Shown piece by piece: positions 39,480 through 51,350 of a DNA stretch of 64,000 nt; within the stretch, counting starts at the first letter, position 1, and each line of letters begins with the position of its first letter. The stretch comes from Octopus vulgaris (lineage: Eukaryota), in contig OX597821.1 in assembly GCA_951406725.2 (NCBI GenBank), positions 38,440,001 to 38,504,000 of the forward strand, given 5' to 3'. Below the pieces are notes generated by a model. That model ran no database searches, was not told the DNA's origin, and was given only the letters and a program-made list of their open reading frames with translations. Made by a program: the position numbers and the translations under genes.

Positions 39480-39935
39480 TAAATACAAAATCTTGTGAGA
39501 TGCAATGTTTCAGTGTGACATCAGATCAGACATCGGAAACTGGACATTGTTTTGGTGAACAAAGAAGAAAAAAAACTTGCACGACAATCGACATAGCATG
39601 TCTCGGTAACAGCAGAATCCAAAAGAAAGAAGAGGAAAAATTGAACATCTATAACGATTATGAAGTGGGAAATACGCAAATTGTGGTCAATAAAGTGTGT
39701 GGACGTGATACCAGTAGTAACTGGCTCGTTTGGAAGCATCAGCACTAAACTACCAGCATGGCTGAAAAAGATTGGTACAAATGTAAAGATAGACCACCTA
39801 GAAAAATCATCATTGCTTGGAACTGCAAGAGTTTTCTGCACGATCAGTAAACAAGTGTCACCTTAGTCTGCTGGCTGTGGACAGCTGACATGCCATCATA
39901 CCCTGCAAAATAGGCTGAAAGTTTTCATCAGATAA
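39480..39935 (+). mobile_element. Second, different R4/Dong-like LINE 3' end in tandem
   Basis: IDIACLGNSRIQKKEEEKL..KWEIRKLWSIKCVDVIPVVTGSFG..LEKSSLLGTARVF; distinct 3'UTR, (GAT)n tail. Confidence 0.85.
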
Positions 39936-40737
39936 TGATGATGATGATGATGATGATATTGAATTTAAATATAAAGCCACAAATTTTGGAGAAAGGAATT
40001 AGTAGATTAACTCGACCCCAATATATAACTGTTACTTATTTTGTCAACCTCGAGAAGATTAAAACCAGACACAAGCATGATAAAGTCTGAAACTAGAATA
40101 TAAAGGTAACATAACACCATTGGGCATTCTAAGTTGGAATCCCACAAGGGTTGAATTTGATGATGTTCGTCTCATATGTAATCTGATGCGTTTCTGTTTT
40201 ACTACCAACTTTGTTTTAGGGAAAGCGTAAGATTACAGCACCAAGAATCATAATACTTGTTGATAAGCTGCATGCCTTCTTCGTTTTCATAAAGATCAGG
40301 TGAAGTGTTTGTGCGCCAAGTAGATGGATTACTTTGACAACTAAAGAACTTTGATGGCAAATGTCAGCTTTTGCTGGAATGAGAACAGTTTTAACTTTAT
40401 GGTTAAGATTTTGATCAAAAGTCCAACGTATTCAATATCTACTTTTGAAGTGGCAGGGACAGTAGTGAAATAGCTTCATGTAATGCCACTATTAAAATAA
40501 AATTATCGGACGAATGATGACCATTTTTTTTTTCTCAAAGGTTGAGATGAATAGAAAAAAAAAACACCCAAAACCTTCATTTTCTTCGTAAATCCCCTGA
40601 TTTGGTAATTTAGATTTTGTGCTTGCTTCTGCACATTTAAAAAAATATGTTCACTAATTCGACGTGTTCATATACATAAATAGACTGAACATTGATATGT
40701 CTTTACTTTTGCTGTAGAATAACTTCCATGATCTTAC

Positions 40738-40820
40738 TTTCTGATGTTGCAAAGAATGTCTGGAATGGAATTAAACCTTTACACGTTTGTAAATGCCGGC
40801 TGATCCAACACTTTGCAACT
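40738..40820 (-). other. Candidate exon (unassigned)
   Basis: Minus: tctttttattttcAG | 83 nt | GTAAGA; one open frame VAKCWISRHLQTCKGLIPFQTFFATSE. Confidence 0.25.
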
Positions 40821-41281
40821 CTGAAAATAAAAAGAATGGACGACTTTTGCCAGCTTCTCCAGTTTCAGTAAATTAAAAGTACGTGTTCCTTGGAAATATT
40901 CTCACCAAGTCCAAATCTATTTCAAAGATCTTGCACTTGAATATATAAGACTTTCTTGACAGTTTCTGCAGATTACACGTTTGACAATTAAAGGTTTGAC
41001 GCCGTCGTATATGAACACTGAAACGGACGGCCTCATTACGATTTCGGTACATATTATGATCAACCAACATGTTTCCTTTCCTCTGAACGAGCTATCAGTG
41101 TCACCAGAATTATAAGCTTAGATTTTATGTAGCTGATCCTCACACCATTCCAGTGAATTTGGTTGCAGAAACATAGTCTTTCCATCTGAATACAAAATAA
41201 ATCACATCTTCATTAGATTTCGTTGATAAAACTCGAAGTGGTTTCGTTTGTTTAGTTTTGCTGCAGCATTATTTTTGTGAA

Positions 41282-41664
41282 TCTCTCTATATATAAACGG
41301 CAGTTTGTCTGTGTGTGTTTCTGTGTGTCTGTTTGCTTGTACCCTCACTCTGACCACGGCTTTCAACCGATTCTGATGAAACTTGACACACACATAGCCC
41401 AATGTCATAATTCAAAACTAACGCAGCGAAAATTTTGAAAAGTTCCCCCAGTTCTGAAAAAAAATCGATAAATTCGACATGGGGTCGAGAATCAGAAACA
41501 CAAACCACAGACTGTCTAGGGGACGCAACTCCACCTTTTTAACTCTCAAAAAAATTTACCATCATTTTTTCCCATTTTTTTGCTATATTTTGGCTATAAC
41601 TATCTAAAAATGCTTTATAGTTATTTCCCTTACAAACCCGAGCAACGCCGGGCGATACTGCTAG
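41282..41664 (+). mobile_element. Non-autonomous Helitron (family 1)
   Basis: A|TCTCTCTATATATAAACGG ... ACAAACCCGAGCAACGCCGGGCGATACTGCTAG|T; near-identical to 8296-8680. Confidence 0.85.
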
Positions 41665-42209
41665 TTATTACATAAATAGCCGTGAGGGTTACTGGTAGAT
41701 GTGGTATCGACGTTATCGGGCCACATAGATGTATTCAGAAGTGAAACATTTAACGGGAAATTTAATGTTATGGCTGTTATTATAAACTGGGTCATTTTGC
41801 AATTCTAGCGTCGATTTTGTATTTTGGTTGATACGATAAATAATAGAATTCTGAAAATACGAAGTGAAAACGTTGCAACAGAATGATAATAAAAACTCCA
41901 CCAAAATACATCCTAAACAATTTGATAGGATATCCAAGGTTTTGTTTCTTGAAATATACTTATGGCGAATATAATTAATTCTCGATAGTTCCGACTACAT
42001 ATCCCTAAAAGTGAACTATAGTTAGAACTGTTCAATTGATAAGTATTTCATTGGCCAAAAGTGCTAACTCCATATATTTCGGGGAGATTGAACCGTCATC
42101 AAAACATCCCTAAAATGGCGGAATTACTGTATATTCCATCAAAATGACTGACTTATTCTGCTTGAATTTGGAGGTAGCTTTACAAATATAGCTGTTTCTT
42201 TCTAAAAAG

Positions 42210-42400
42210 AAAAGGCACAAGGCCTGCAATTTGGTGGGAGAGGGCTGTGATTGCATCTGCTCCACTGGTACTTAGTTATCGAATTTGAAAAAACGAAAGA
42301 CACAGTCGACCTCGGCGGAACTGGAACTTAGAACGCAAACAGCAAAGATATGTCACTAAGTATTTTGTTCGACGCATTAACGAGTCCACCAGTTCACTCT
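42210..42400 (-). mobile_element. SINE family B, diverged
   Basis: GGCACAAGGCCTGCAATTTGG...CTGGTACTTAGTTATCG...GTCGACCTCGGCGGAACTGGAAC. Confidence 0.7.
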
Positions 42401-43347
42401 TCATCGTTACTAATATAATGAAGCCCATGCTGCACTGTACTCACATACAAAGAAGATAACTTGACTTAGCTTAGTCCACATAACTGATTAAAAGACAGGC
42501 TGTAAGAAAGAAGAGCCTTGTTTAACCGAGGAGAAATTTGTTACCAGCTTTATTTTTGGTGAGAGATTTTACGGTAGTTTCTTGCCTTTGCCTGTGCCAT
42601 GTAAGTCTACCACCTCCACCCGGGGATCACCACTCAGTGTAGTACACTCTGACTATATTTCAAGGCAGGCAATGCTCTCTCGAGAGTATTAGCAGCTTGA
42701 GTGAATTGAAATGACTTTCAAAGAAAAATCAAAACTGTATCATAGACCGAAATACTTGCATCTTTTCTCTCTGCCACTTGACATATCAACAGAAATATCA
42801 AGAAGAGTCTATCGAAAAGAAATGAAAAGCAAGGGGAAAAAAATGAAATTCATGGAAACGGCATTAAATAGAAGATCTTTTCTTCGGGGAAATACTTGCA
42901 ATTATCTATTAACAGTGCTGAATACATCTTTCATGTTAGCTTTCCTTTGAATTTCAGTGAATCCAGGGATCAATCTCATGGATATTTTATTCATCTTTGA
43001 AATAATTTAATCACTCCATCAAACACTTCTGCAAAAATACTTGCTTTATTAGACGACGTCGTTCAAACTATTCAGTAGCCATTGATGCAGAGAAAACACA
43101 ACTACAGTTGCAAGTGGTGTAGTGCTGACGGAGTGACGATGGCAATGACATGTGTGTGCATGTGTGTCTATGTGTGTGTATAGGTAAATGCACTCACACA
43201 CACACAAATACGCATATATGCATACACATACACATATAATACATTAACACACATACATGCGTACATTCATACAGACATATATACATACATTTAAGAAACG
43301 TGTATATATATATATGTATATACACATATATATACGTATACATACAT

Positions 43348-43402
<55 letters not shown>

Positions 43403-43694
43403 AGTATAGGTAAATAAACATAATATATATACATACATAAAATATACTTAGACACATACATACAGGCATATATATATATATATACATATATAAACATATA
43501 TGTATATATATATATATGTATAAATGCAAATACACACACACACACATATATATATATATAGCATATGTGTGTGCGTGTGTGTCTGTATGTATGAATGAAT
43601 GTATGTATTTCTGTATGGATATGTACACCTTACAACATAAAAGCCGAAGAAAACATTGTAAACGTGAATGAGATAGAGCGAGAAAGGAAAGAAT

Positions 43695-43760
<66 letters not shown>

Positions 43761-44733
43761 CAAAGTGAGCTGTTTGTTGCTAGCTTTAGAAAGTTAGATT
43801 GAGTGAAATCTGATATAGATATGTATGATCATCAATTATTTTCTTTTTTTTCTTTTTTCGTACGTTTTTTTTTTTTTTCCCTTCCATCTAAGTGATAAAT
43901 TTGACATTCTGCGGCATCAGTTTCTATCGGAATTGTATGTGGACAGAAATAGCAATAAAATACAAGCAAATTGCTGTCGCTAGATTTTAAGAATACTAAG
44001 AGTTTTAAAACTGCAAGTTATAATGAAAAATTGTCTTGTTATTGTTGTTCTCCTTCTTCTTCTTCCACATCATCATAATCCTCACCATCTTTTTCTACTT
44101 GCTCAACTTCATCCCTATCGCATTCTTCTTCTTCTTCTTCTTCTTCTTCTTCTTCTTCTTCTTCTTCTTCTTCTTCTTCTTCTGCCGTCTTCTTTTCCTT
44201 GTCCTCGCCTCGTGTATTAATATCTTGTCTTCGTTTTAAAGCTAATTAATAGCATGAGACAATAAAAATGAGTATGTAAAGGTTGGAGAATTTTGGTTAC
44301 GATCTTCTCTCATGAAATAGCTCTAAGGTGAACTGTAGATTGTTGCCGCAAGCTTTAGAAATTTCTGGACATGAAGTGATTAACCTTACATTTAACAGAA
44401 GCAACAATAAAAATGGTTATTTAAAATAATAACTGGGGGAAGAAGAAAAAACACGTTGAATACTGCAGTTAGATCTTGTGAAAACCTGCACACGTTCACC
44501 TGATAAATCATTCACCTTTGGAAACAAAGGTCAGGTTACCCAACACAAATTATTGTTTCCCGTCCAGAGACATTGCAGTAACTTTTATCACATTTAATGT
44601 ATTAGTAGTAGTTGTTTTTATTTCAGATTATCATCATCATTACTACTACTACTACTACTACTACATATATATATATATATATGGAAAAAAAGTCAAGATA
44701 GAAAATGCTAAAATAATTTTATAAAAAACATTT

Positions 44734-44769
44734 CAGTACCGGTTTCAGTCATTGAGACTTTTTCAACTG
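44734..44769 (-). ncRNA. Minimal type-I hammerhead ribozyme motif with U3-A8 core
   Basis: CAG UUGAAAA AGUC-UCAAU-GACU GAAA CCG GUA CUG: stem I CAG/CUG, stem II AGUC/GACU, palindromic ACCGGU stem III, GUA triplet. Confidence 0.65.
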
Positions 44770-44929
44770 TAACAATTACATAATTAAATTTTGGAAAAAT
44801 TAAAAGAAAAGTTTTTTTTAAAGAATATTTGTATAGTGTTCAAATACAAATGGCTTTTTCCTTGTTTCTGCCTGTCTCTGTCTCTCTTGTTTACTCTTGT
44901 GGGTTCGAGGTCATTGTGTATATATATTT

Positions 44930-45205
44930 CATATACGCTCAACCGATTAGACTGTCAAAAAAGAAAAATTCCAAACATCAAACTTCAGCAAGTAACCTTA
45001 GATGCCAAGAACCCTCCTAAGTATCCTAGCAGCCCTTAATAACACTGTTTTCTGGAGCTTTACAAAACTGGGTTTTATGCCTATTTCCCTAATCTATCTG
45101 TTCAAATCTTTAGGGATAGTTCCTAATGCACCTATAACTACAGGGATACATTTTACCTGCACTTTCCATAGTCTCTGTAACTCAGTGGCTAGGTCCTGGT
45201 ACTGT
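44930..45205 (-). mobile_element. R4/Dong-like LINE 3' end
   Basis: YQDLATELQRLWKVQVKCIPVVIGALGTIPKDLNR*IREIGIKPSFVKLQKTVLLRAARILRRVLGI*. Confidence 0.85.
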
Positions 45206-45366
45206 ATTTACTGCAGTCTAAATCTTAACACACTACACGTGGGTATAAACGAAAGATGCGAATTCTACTTGGCAGTATATATTTACGAGTGTGGATGGAT
45301 ATTGGTCATGTGATGTCGCCGATTACATGCATATTTTGAGATACTCGTAAATTTATGCTATGGAGT

Positions 45367-45435
45367 ACTGTTGCTGATGAGAGCAGCAGGTAAAATATTT
45401 TTACTTTAAGCTTGAAACACTATCTTGTACGCAGT
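45367..45435 (+). ncRNA. Type-I hammerhead-like motif with long loop 2
   Basis: ACUGUUG CUGAUGA GAGC...GCUU GAAA CA-CUAUCU-U GUA CGCAGU; stem I 6 bp with one bulge. Confidence 0.5.
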
Positions 45436-45597
45436 TAACCGATTCTTGTTGATTCATTATTTTTCTTTTGCTGTGTTATTCTCGAAGATTTTAAAGTGGT
45501 AATAGGGGTTTTAGTGTCTATTTCTTGCAGTGCGTGGTGAGGTGTAAAGCCGATCCCTTGTTATAATTATGTATATAATTATAAAATATTTTGGATG

Positions 45598-45630
<33 letters not shown>

Positions 45631-45653
45631 ATGTATGTATATACATATATATG

Positions 45654-45707
<54 letters not shown>

Positions 45708-45723
45708 TGTATGTATATACATA

Positions 45724-45754
<31 letters not shown>

Positions 45755-45893
45755 GTATGGATATACATATATATGTATATATATATATATATATATTTAT
45801 GTATGTAAATATATGTGTATATATATGTATGCATATATATGTTTGTATATATGTGCATATATATGTATATGTATGCATATATATGTATATGTA

Positions 45894-45953
<60 letters not shown>

Positions 45954-45954
<1 letters not shown>

Positions 45955-46765
45955 ATCACTGGTATCTCTGGAAAGTTACTACAATGGATCAAGAGTTTTC
46001 TGACAAGCAGAACCCAACACGTTGTTGTCGAAGGAGTAAAACCAAGTCCAGCCAAAGTCACTAGTGGTATTCTACAAGGTACTGTGTTGGGCCCACTTCT
46101 TTTCATCATCTATATCAATGACATTACTGACATCATTAAACACAGCAACATAAGAATCTTTGCAGATCATTCCAAGTTCCAGGTCATCAATGAAGTGAGT
46201 GACCGGACATGCCTTATGTCAGACCGACTGGCTGTCATCCAATGAGTGGAAAAGAAAAATATCCTGCTGTTGAAACATTTAAGTTTATCCACTTTGGACA
46301 AAAAGAATACCCTGAAACTCCCATATTTTCTTCCTTCAGGTGAAGCTCCCATGGCATCCAATAACATCAAAGACTTGGGAGTAATTGTGGACAACAACAT
46401 GAGCTGGGCAGCTCATATAAACAGCAAAGTTGACTTGGGCTGCAGAATGTGTTCCTGGATTCACAGAACTTTCCATTTGAGAGATTCCATACCATTATCC
46501 TTCTCTTCTCCATTTTTGCCCGATCCAACCTTGAATACTGTTGTCCACTGTGGTTCCCCCAAGCGAAACAAAGTATGATGAAAACTATAGCACCTCAAAG
46601 GTCAATTACAAAAAGATAGATGGCATGACTGGCCTTGACTATTGGGGTCAACTAGAAAAGCTCAAGCTTTATTGTCTCCAACGCCGCTGTGAGCACTACA
46701 TCATCTGCATCATGTGGAAAATATTCCATCAGCATTGCCCAAATGATGTTGGTATCATCTTTAAG
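45954..46765 (+). mobile_element. CR1-like LINE reverse transcriptase fragment (pseudogene)
   Basis: [87 protein letters not shown]; stops and frameshifts. Confidence 0.9.
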
Positions 46766-46889
46766 ATAATGAGTATTATCTTAATTCACTGGCAATGAAC
46801 AGCTGACATTGCTGTACATCTCCAGCGATAGAAGCTGTGAATGCCACAGAACCACTATTATTAGAAGAAGGTCAGGCTCATGAAGGATG

Positions 46890-47310
46890 GAAGATTGCAA
46901 AGATAAAGCACTGTACAAGCAACTGAAAACGAATGAAACTGAAAATAGGTGGGTAAAGAAAAGAATGCCTGGTCAATTTCATAGGGATGTTGAAGATAAG
47001 ACAGATGGCTGTGGATGACTAAAAGTGATTTAAAACCGGAAACGGAGGCTCTAATCTGTGCTGCCCAAGAGCAAGTACTAAGAACAAACTACATAAAATA
47101 CAGAATAGACAACACAGCAGAAAGTGATAAGTGCAGAATCTGTGGACAAATAATAATGATGATGATAATGATAATAATAATGAAGTATCGACAAGTTAGC
47201 ACTTGAAAGACTACTGAAAACTTGTGGATACTTAAGGTTACAGGCAGAAACCTGCTACCCACATAAATCCTACCAGATAAGACCAAACCTGAGTTAAATA
47301 AAAAATAATA
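46890..47310 (+). mobile_element. R4/Dong-like LINE fragment plus separate 3'UTR
   Basis: WMTKSDLKPETEALICAAQEQVLRTNYIKYRID..DKCRICG; after an (AAT/GAT)n tract, a 3'UTR matching 39320-39410. Confidence 0.85.
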
Positions 47311-47579
47311 ATGATAATAAAATGAAATAATATAATATTAATATCGAGAAAGAATTGCCTTCCTTTAAAGGTGTCTGCAGAAAAATTTTTTCCTCAAAAG
47401 GTGTTGCTGAAATTAAGGTGCATCTGCTATGTGGTGCGATTTTTATGCCATCAAATAGGATATGTATTAATATTTATGATAGCCCAAAACAGCAATCTTG
47501 TTTTCTTACTTTCTGACAAAGGTAAAGCCAATGCTGCGAGTATAGAACTCATCTGTGGGTAGCCAATATACTACACCAA

Positions 47580-47730
47580 ATACTCTGTGGTATTGGGCAG
47601 AATATTTGTTGTCGTCCATCTTTTATACCCGTAAATGATAACATTTCCAATCAGTTAAGATGAGAAGCCATGAGAGCTTCTGCCTGGTACTGCATCAGGG
47701 CATATCATGAAAGCCACTGCCTAGCATTGC
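47580..47730 (-). mobile_element. 5' part of repeat 'X'
   Basis: Reverse complement contains GGCTTCTCATCTTAACTGATTGGAAATGTTATC..GGTATAAAAGATGG..CAAATATTCTGCCCAATACCACAG matching 11053-11150. Confidence 0.7.
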
Positions 47731-47754
47731 ATCATCATCATTACTATTATGGTA

Positions 47755-48165
47755 ATTTTCTTCTTCTTTTAATTCTGTCTCCATTTCTTGCCGAGTGTTT
47801 TCCCGACACCTAGAGCAAAGAAACTCACTATATACATTGGCAGGATATTAAAATAAACCCCTCAGATTGTTCATTTACAAGTGTCAAGTTATGTGATAGA
47901 AAAAAGAACTAAAGAAAAAAAGAAAAGAGGGAAAAGAGAAAGAAAAAGGAAAAAAGAGAAAAAGTGAGAAAATTTCACAAGAATAATTCTCCTAATACAT
48001 GTGATGTACCAGTTGAATCAATCTTTTATACTTCTTGCATGGGTGGTAAGCCAGGGATCATTCTCAAGTAATTCGCAGTTCCTTTTTTGATCACTCTAAG
48101 TGCTCCTACAATCATTGGTATTTTAACCACCTTGAGATTCCACATTTTGCGATTTTAATAAGAAA
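47755..48165 (-). mobile_element. R4/Dong-like LINE 3' end (same subfamily as 10778-11030)
   Basis: VIKKGTANYLRMIPGLPPMQEV..TGTSHVL and shared 3'UTR. Confidence 0.75.
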
Positions 48166-48169
48166 TTCT

Positions 48170-49682
48170 TCTTTCAACTCATATCTTGTTAGAACTCCTG
48201 GAGCCTTGCATGAGTAGTGGGTTTGCTACCCGCAGCTTACAATGTCATACTATTTGTTCTCTTCATCTAATACTTTCCTGATGATTCTGGCTGTGCCAAG
48301 AATGAAATCGTTTTGCAACAGCTCTACATGGTAATTTATTCCCAATTCTTTTACATCCCTCTCAATACCTTTTGATATTGTCCCCAAGGCTATAACAATA
48401 ATTGGCACTATCTTAATCCTTTTCGTCTTTCAAAGTCAGATTATCTCGTATTTAAGAGGATGTTATAAGTCTAATTTTTCACCTTCCTTGACTATTCGTG
48501 GATCACATGGACAGGCAACATCAATTATGGAGCACATGTGGTTTACCTTCTCTACGACTTCTAGGTCTTGCTTTTTCTACTCAAGCACCTGATCCATTTC
48601 AATTGAGAAATCCCATCAGATTTTACAGGTTTTCCACGCTGCCACTCTCTGTGGTTTGTGTTTGTACCATGTCTTGCCTCTCTAACCTCCACTTTTCACA
48701 CAGTTTTCTAATGTAGTACTTTCGCTACCTCATCATATTGCCACAACTTGTAATGTTTGGGGCATTCATTTGCAATATTGAAATTAGTTTCGTCAAATCC
48801 ACTACAAATTCGACACAATGGAGGCACTGGCTTATTTCTAAGGTCGACTCTCCAATTTTTGACCAAACTTAGTCTTGCTTTGTAAACATGGTGTTTTCAG
48901 TCTCCTTTTTAAGTGCTCGTTTCTTTAACTAATCTCACCAATGTTCTCCAACATCATTTGTGGCTACATGGAATTGATTGTGTAGTCCCTTATTGCATAG
49001 TGCTTATTCATGTCCTTCTGGTACTTCTTGTTTGTTTTTTCCTGCTTTCAATATGATATCTACTCTAACTGCTACTAGAAAGGTTTCCTCACTTTGGGTT
49101 AGATATCTCAGCAAGATCCTATGTTCAATATGCACAGTCTTCCATACATAGCAGTTTCCTTCCTCCATTTGGTCTCTTCATGCATAGGCAGTCTGTGTCT
49201 GCATAATGGGCTCCATGAATCATTAGGAGCATTCTTCTCTTCATGTCCAACTCCTTTCACACATCCGTTCCACCACTTCAGTATTCTAGTGTCATACCGA
49301 ACTACTGTGACTGCACGTGAATTTATAGCTGAAATTATGGCTTTTGGCATTCAACTTTGAATCCAGTATTTTTCTCACTCACCACAGATACTCTTTCACT
49401 GCCTCTTCTTTCATACCATCATACTTCATTCCATCTGTTTCAAATATTCTCATGTGCTTATATCTGGATTCAGGTTCAGTTACCTCCAGCATTTCATCAC
49501 TTGGAATGCATATACATTCTGTCCAGACAAACCTTCATCGTATCATCACAATCAGCACATTTTGAAAGTCCAAACGCCATATTGGTATCATTCGAGAAAA
49601 TCTGCATAGAATGGACTAGACTATCCAATCCTGCCTCACTTTTTGTGTACAACTTCAAATTACCCATAAATAGCAGGTAATT
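48170..49682 (-). mobile_element. R4/Dong-like LINE, 5'-truncated at RT domain, decayed
   Basis: LNYLLFMGNLKLYTKSE..MAFGLSKC (cf. HLLFMDDLKLY), AINSRAVTVVRY, CRICSGFDETN, IVIIALGTISKG, LGTARIIRKVL; begins at a triplet-repeat tract. Confidence 0.85.
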
Positions 49683-49761
49683 GAGCATTCTTCTTCTTCT
49701 TCTTCTCATTATTATCATTATTATTATTATTATTATTATTATCATCATTATTATCATTATT

Positions 49762-49844
<83 letters not shown>

Positions 49845-50089
49845 CAGCAGCAGCAGCAGTAATAGTAACATTGCAGACTTTGAAGTGAAAATGTAACTTG
49901 CACTCTGTTTGCTCAAGTATAACTGAAGGAGAATGTAACTTTCATTCCAGATTTCCTTTCTCACAGGAACCATCAGTAAACCTTTCCAAAGCCCTACCTA
50001 TCACAGAGGGCATGACAACAAGGATAGTTTTGAAATTATTTTCATTTAATTCTGCTAAAGCTACAGTTAAGAAAAAAAAATGACTGTTT

Positions 50090-51350
50090 CTTTCCTTAGA
50101 TCCATTTTTCAAAAGGATTGCAATAAAACAAATAACCGTCAAAGGAAGATAAGCAAATAAGGTATATATTAAGGAACAGAAAAACAAATTGAGAAAGTAT
50201 TAAAAAATAGCAATTCAATAAAAAAAATAAGCATAATGAGCAACAGTTTTAACAACAACAGCAGTATGTGCTCATAACCCACATCATGCGTTAAAATGGA
50301 AACAGAAAAGCTAACCTTTTCTTTAAAAAAACCCTTGATATAGAACATCTTGAAGGAAGGTCGAAAACCTGGACAGATTTTTAACACAGGACAAGTACAA
50401 GTATACCACAATGAATCTCATAGAATCCCTGGAGGAAGAAAGTAACAAACTTTATCTTGCCAAAAGTACAGGGGTTTCCTTGCTTTATCAATGTAAGTGT
50501 AGATGTCTTAGCAAATACTTTAAGAGAAATATTCCTGACTGGAAGAGGAATAGCATATGGCACTATACATGCCATCTTAAAAATGCAATGTCTGACGAAA
50601 GAGAAAGTCCACATAGTACTTGACACACCTATCCATGAGTTGGTCTTGCAGTGTTTGGGAAAAAGAAATATAGGGGGTCTCCATCAGGGATATCGATAAT
50701 GATGCAGACCTTAGGCTAGTAGTCACAGTCGTGGTGCAATATGAGCAAGTGGTCAATGTAGGTGTAGCTTTTGGCAATATGTGATTGGTAGGGGTCACCA
50801 TGGGCATACAAATGTTCATGTCTCCGCAAAACCACAAAACAATTTCAGAATTGTGTCCTAGAGAAAAGGCCTGCAAGAAGAACTTATAGTTCAGCATTCA
50901 AGATGGACAAACTAGCTGCTACATATGTGGTAGTAAAATTTATTTAGAAATTTTCAGCACAGAAAATTTAAGAGAACAAAGATCACAACAACAAACTATT
51001 GCAGTTGTCGATCCGCAGACAACTTATCATTCAGCAAATGCAATTGTTCCGGCCTCATTACCTGAAGAGCAGATTGTTGGAACCATGAGACTCAAGGACC
51101 CCTTTCTTTCAACTGTAATCTGTGGCAATAAGGAGGAAAATTCTCTCAGTAAACAAACTGAAAGTACCCTGTGTAGACCTGGTGAGAACGGTAGCCAATA
51201 AAGATAATCAAATGACACAGTGGACCTAATCCAAAGAAACTATGAAAATGTGAGGTGGTATGTGGGGTACGCTTTCTTTGAAGAGGAAACAGTGTTTGCT
51301 GACGGAAAACTCCTATCTTATGAATAAGAGCCAATTATCAAGTCAGGAGG
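50090..51350 (+). mobile_element. Possible very old Gypsy gag(-protease) remnant
   Basis: CYICGSKIYLEIFS at 50917 fits CX2CX4HX4C with single-base changes H>Y and C>S; upstream TKEKVHIVLDTPIHELVLQ is weakly gag/SCAN-like; many stops. Confidence 0.35.

Noticed and set aside
40240-40480. Tc1/mariner-like words on minus (FQQ.., W..SPDL)
   Set aside because: Motifs too degenerate and partly out of order to support a call.
45595-46245. 216-aa longest ORF as a functional reverse transcriptase
   Set aside because: First half is (TA)n; the RT part has FADH instead of FADD and ends at a premature stop.
49942-50068. Terminal exon ALAELNENNFKTILVVMPSVIGRALERF on minus
   Set aside because: Acceptor plausible but no linked upstream exon or recognised homology; lies beside a probable plus-strand Gypsy remnant.
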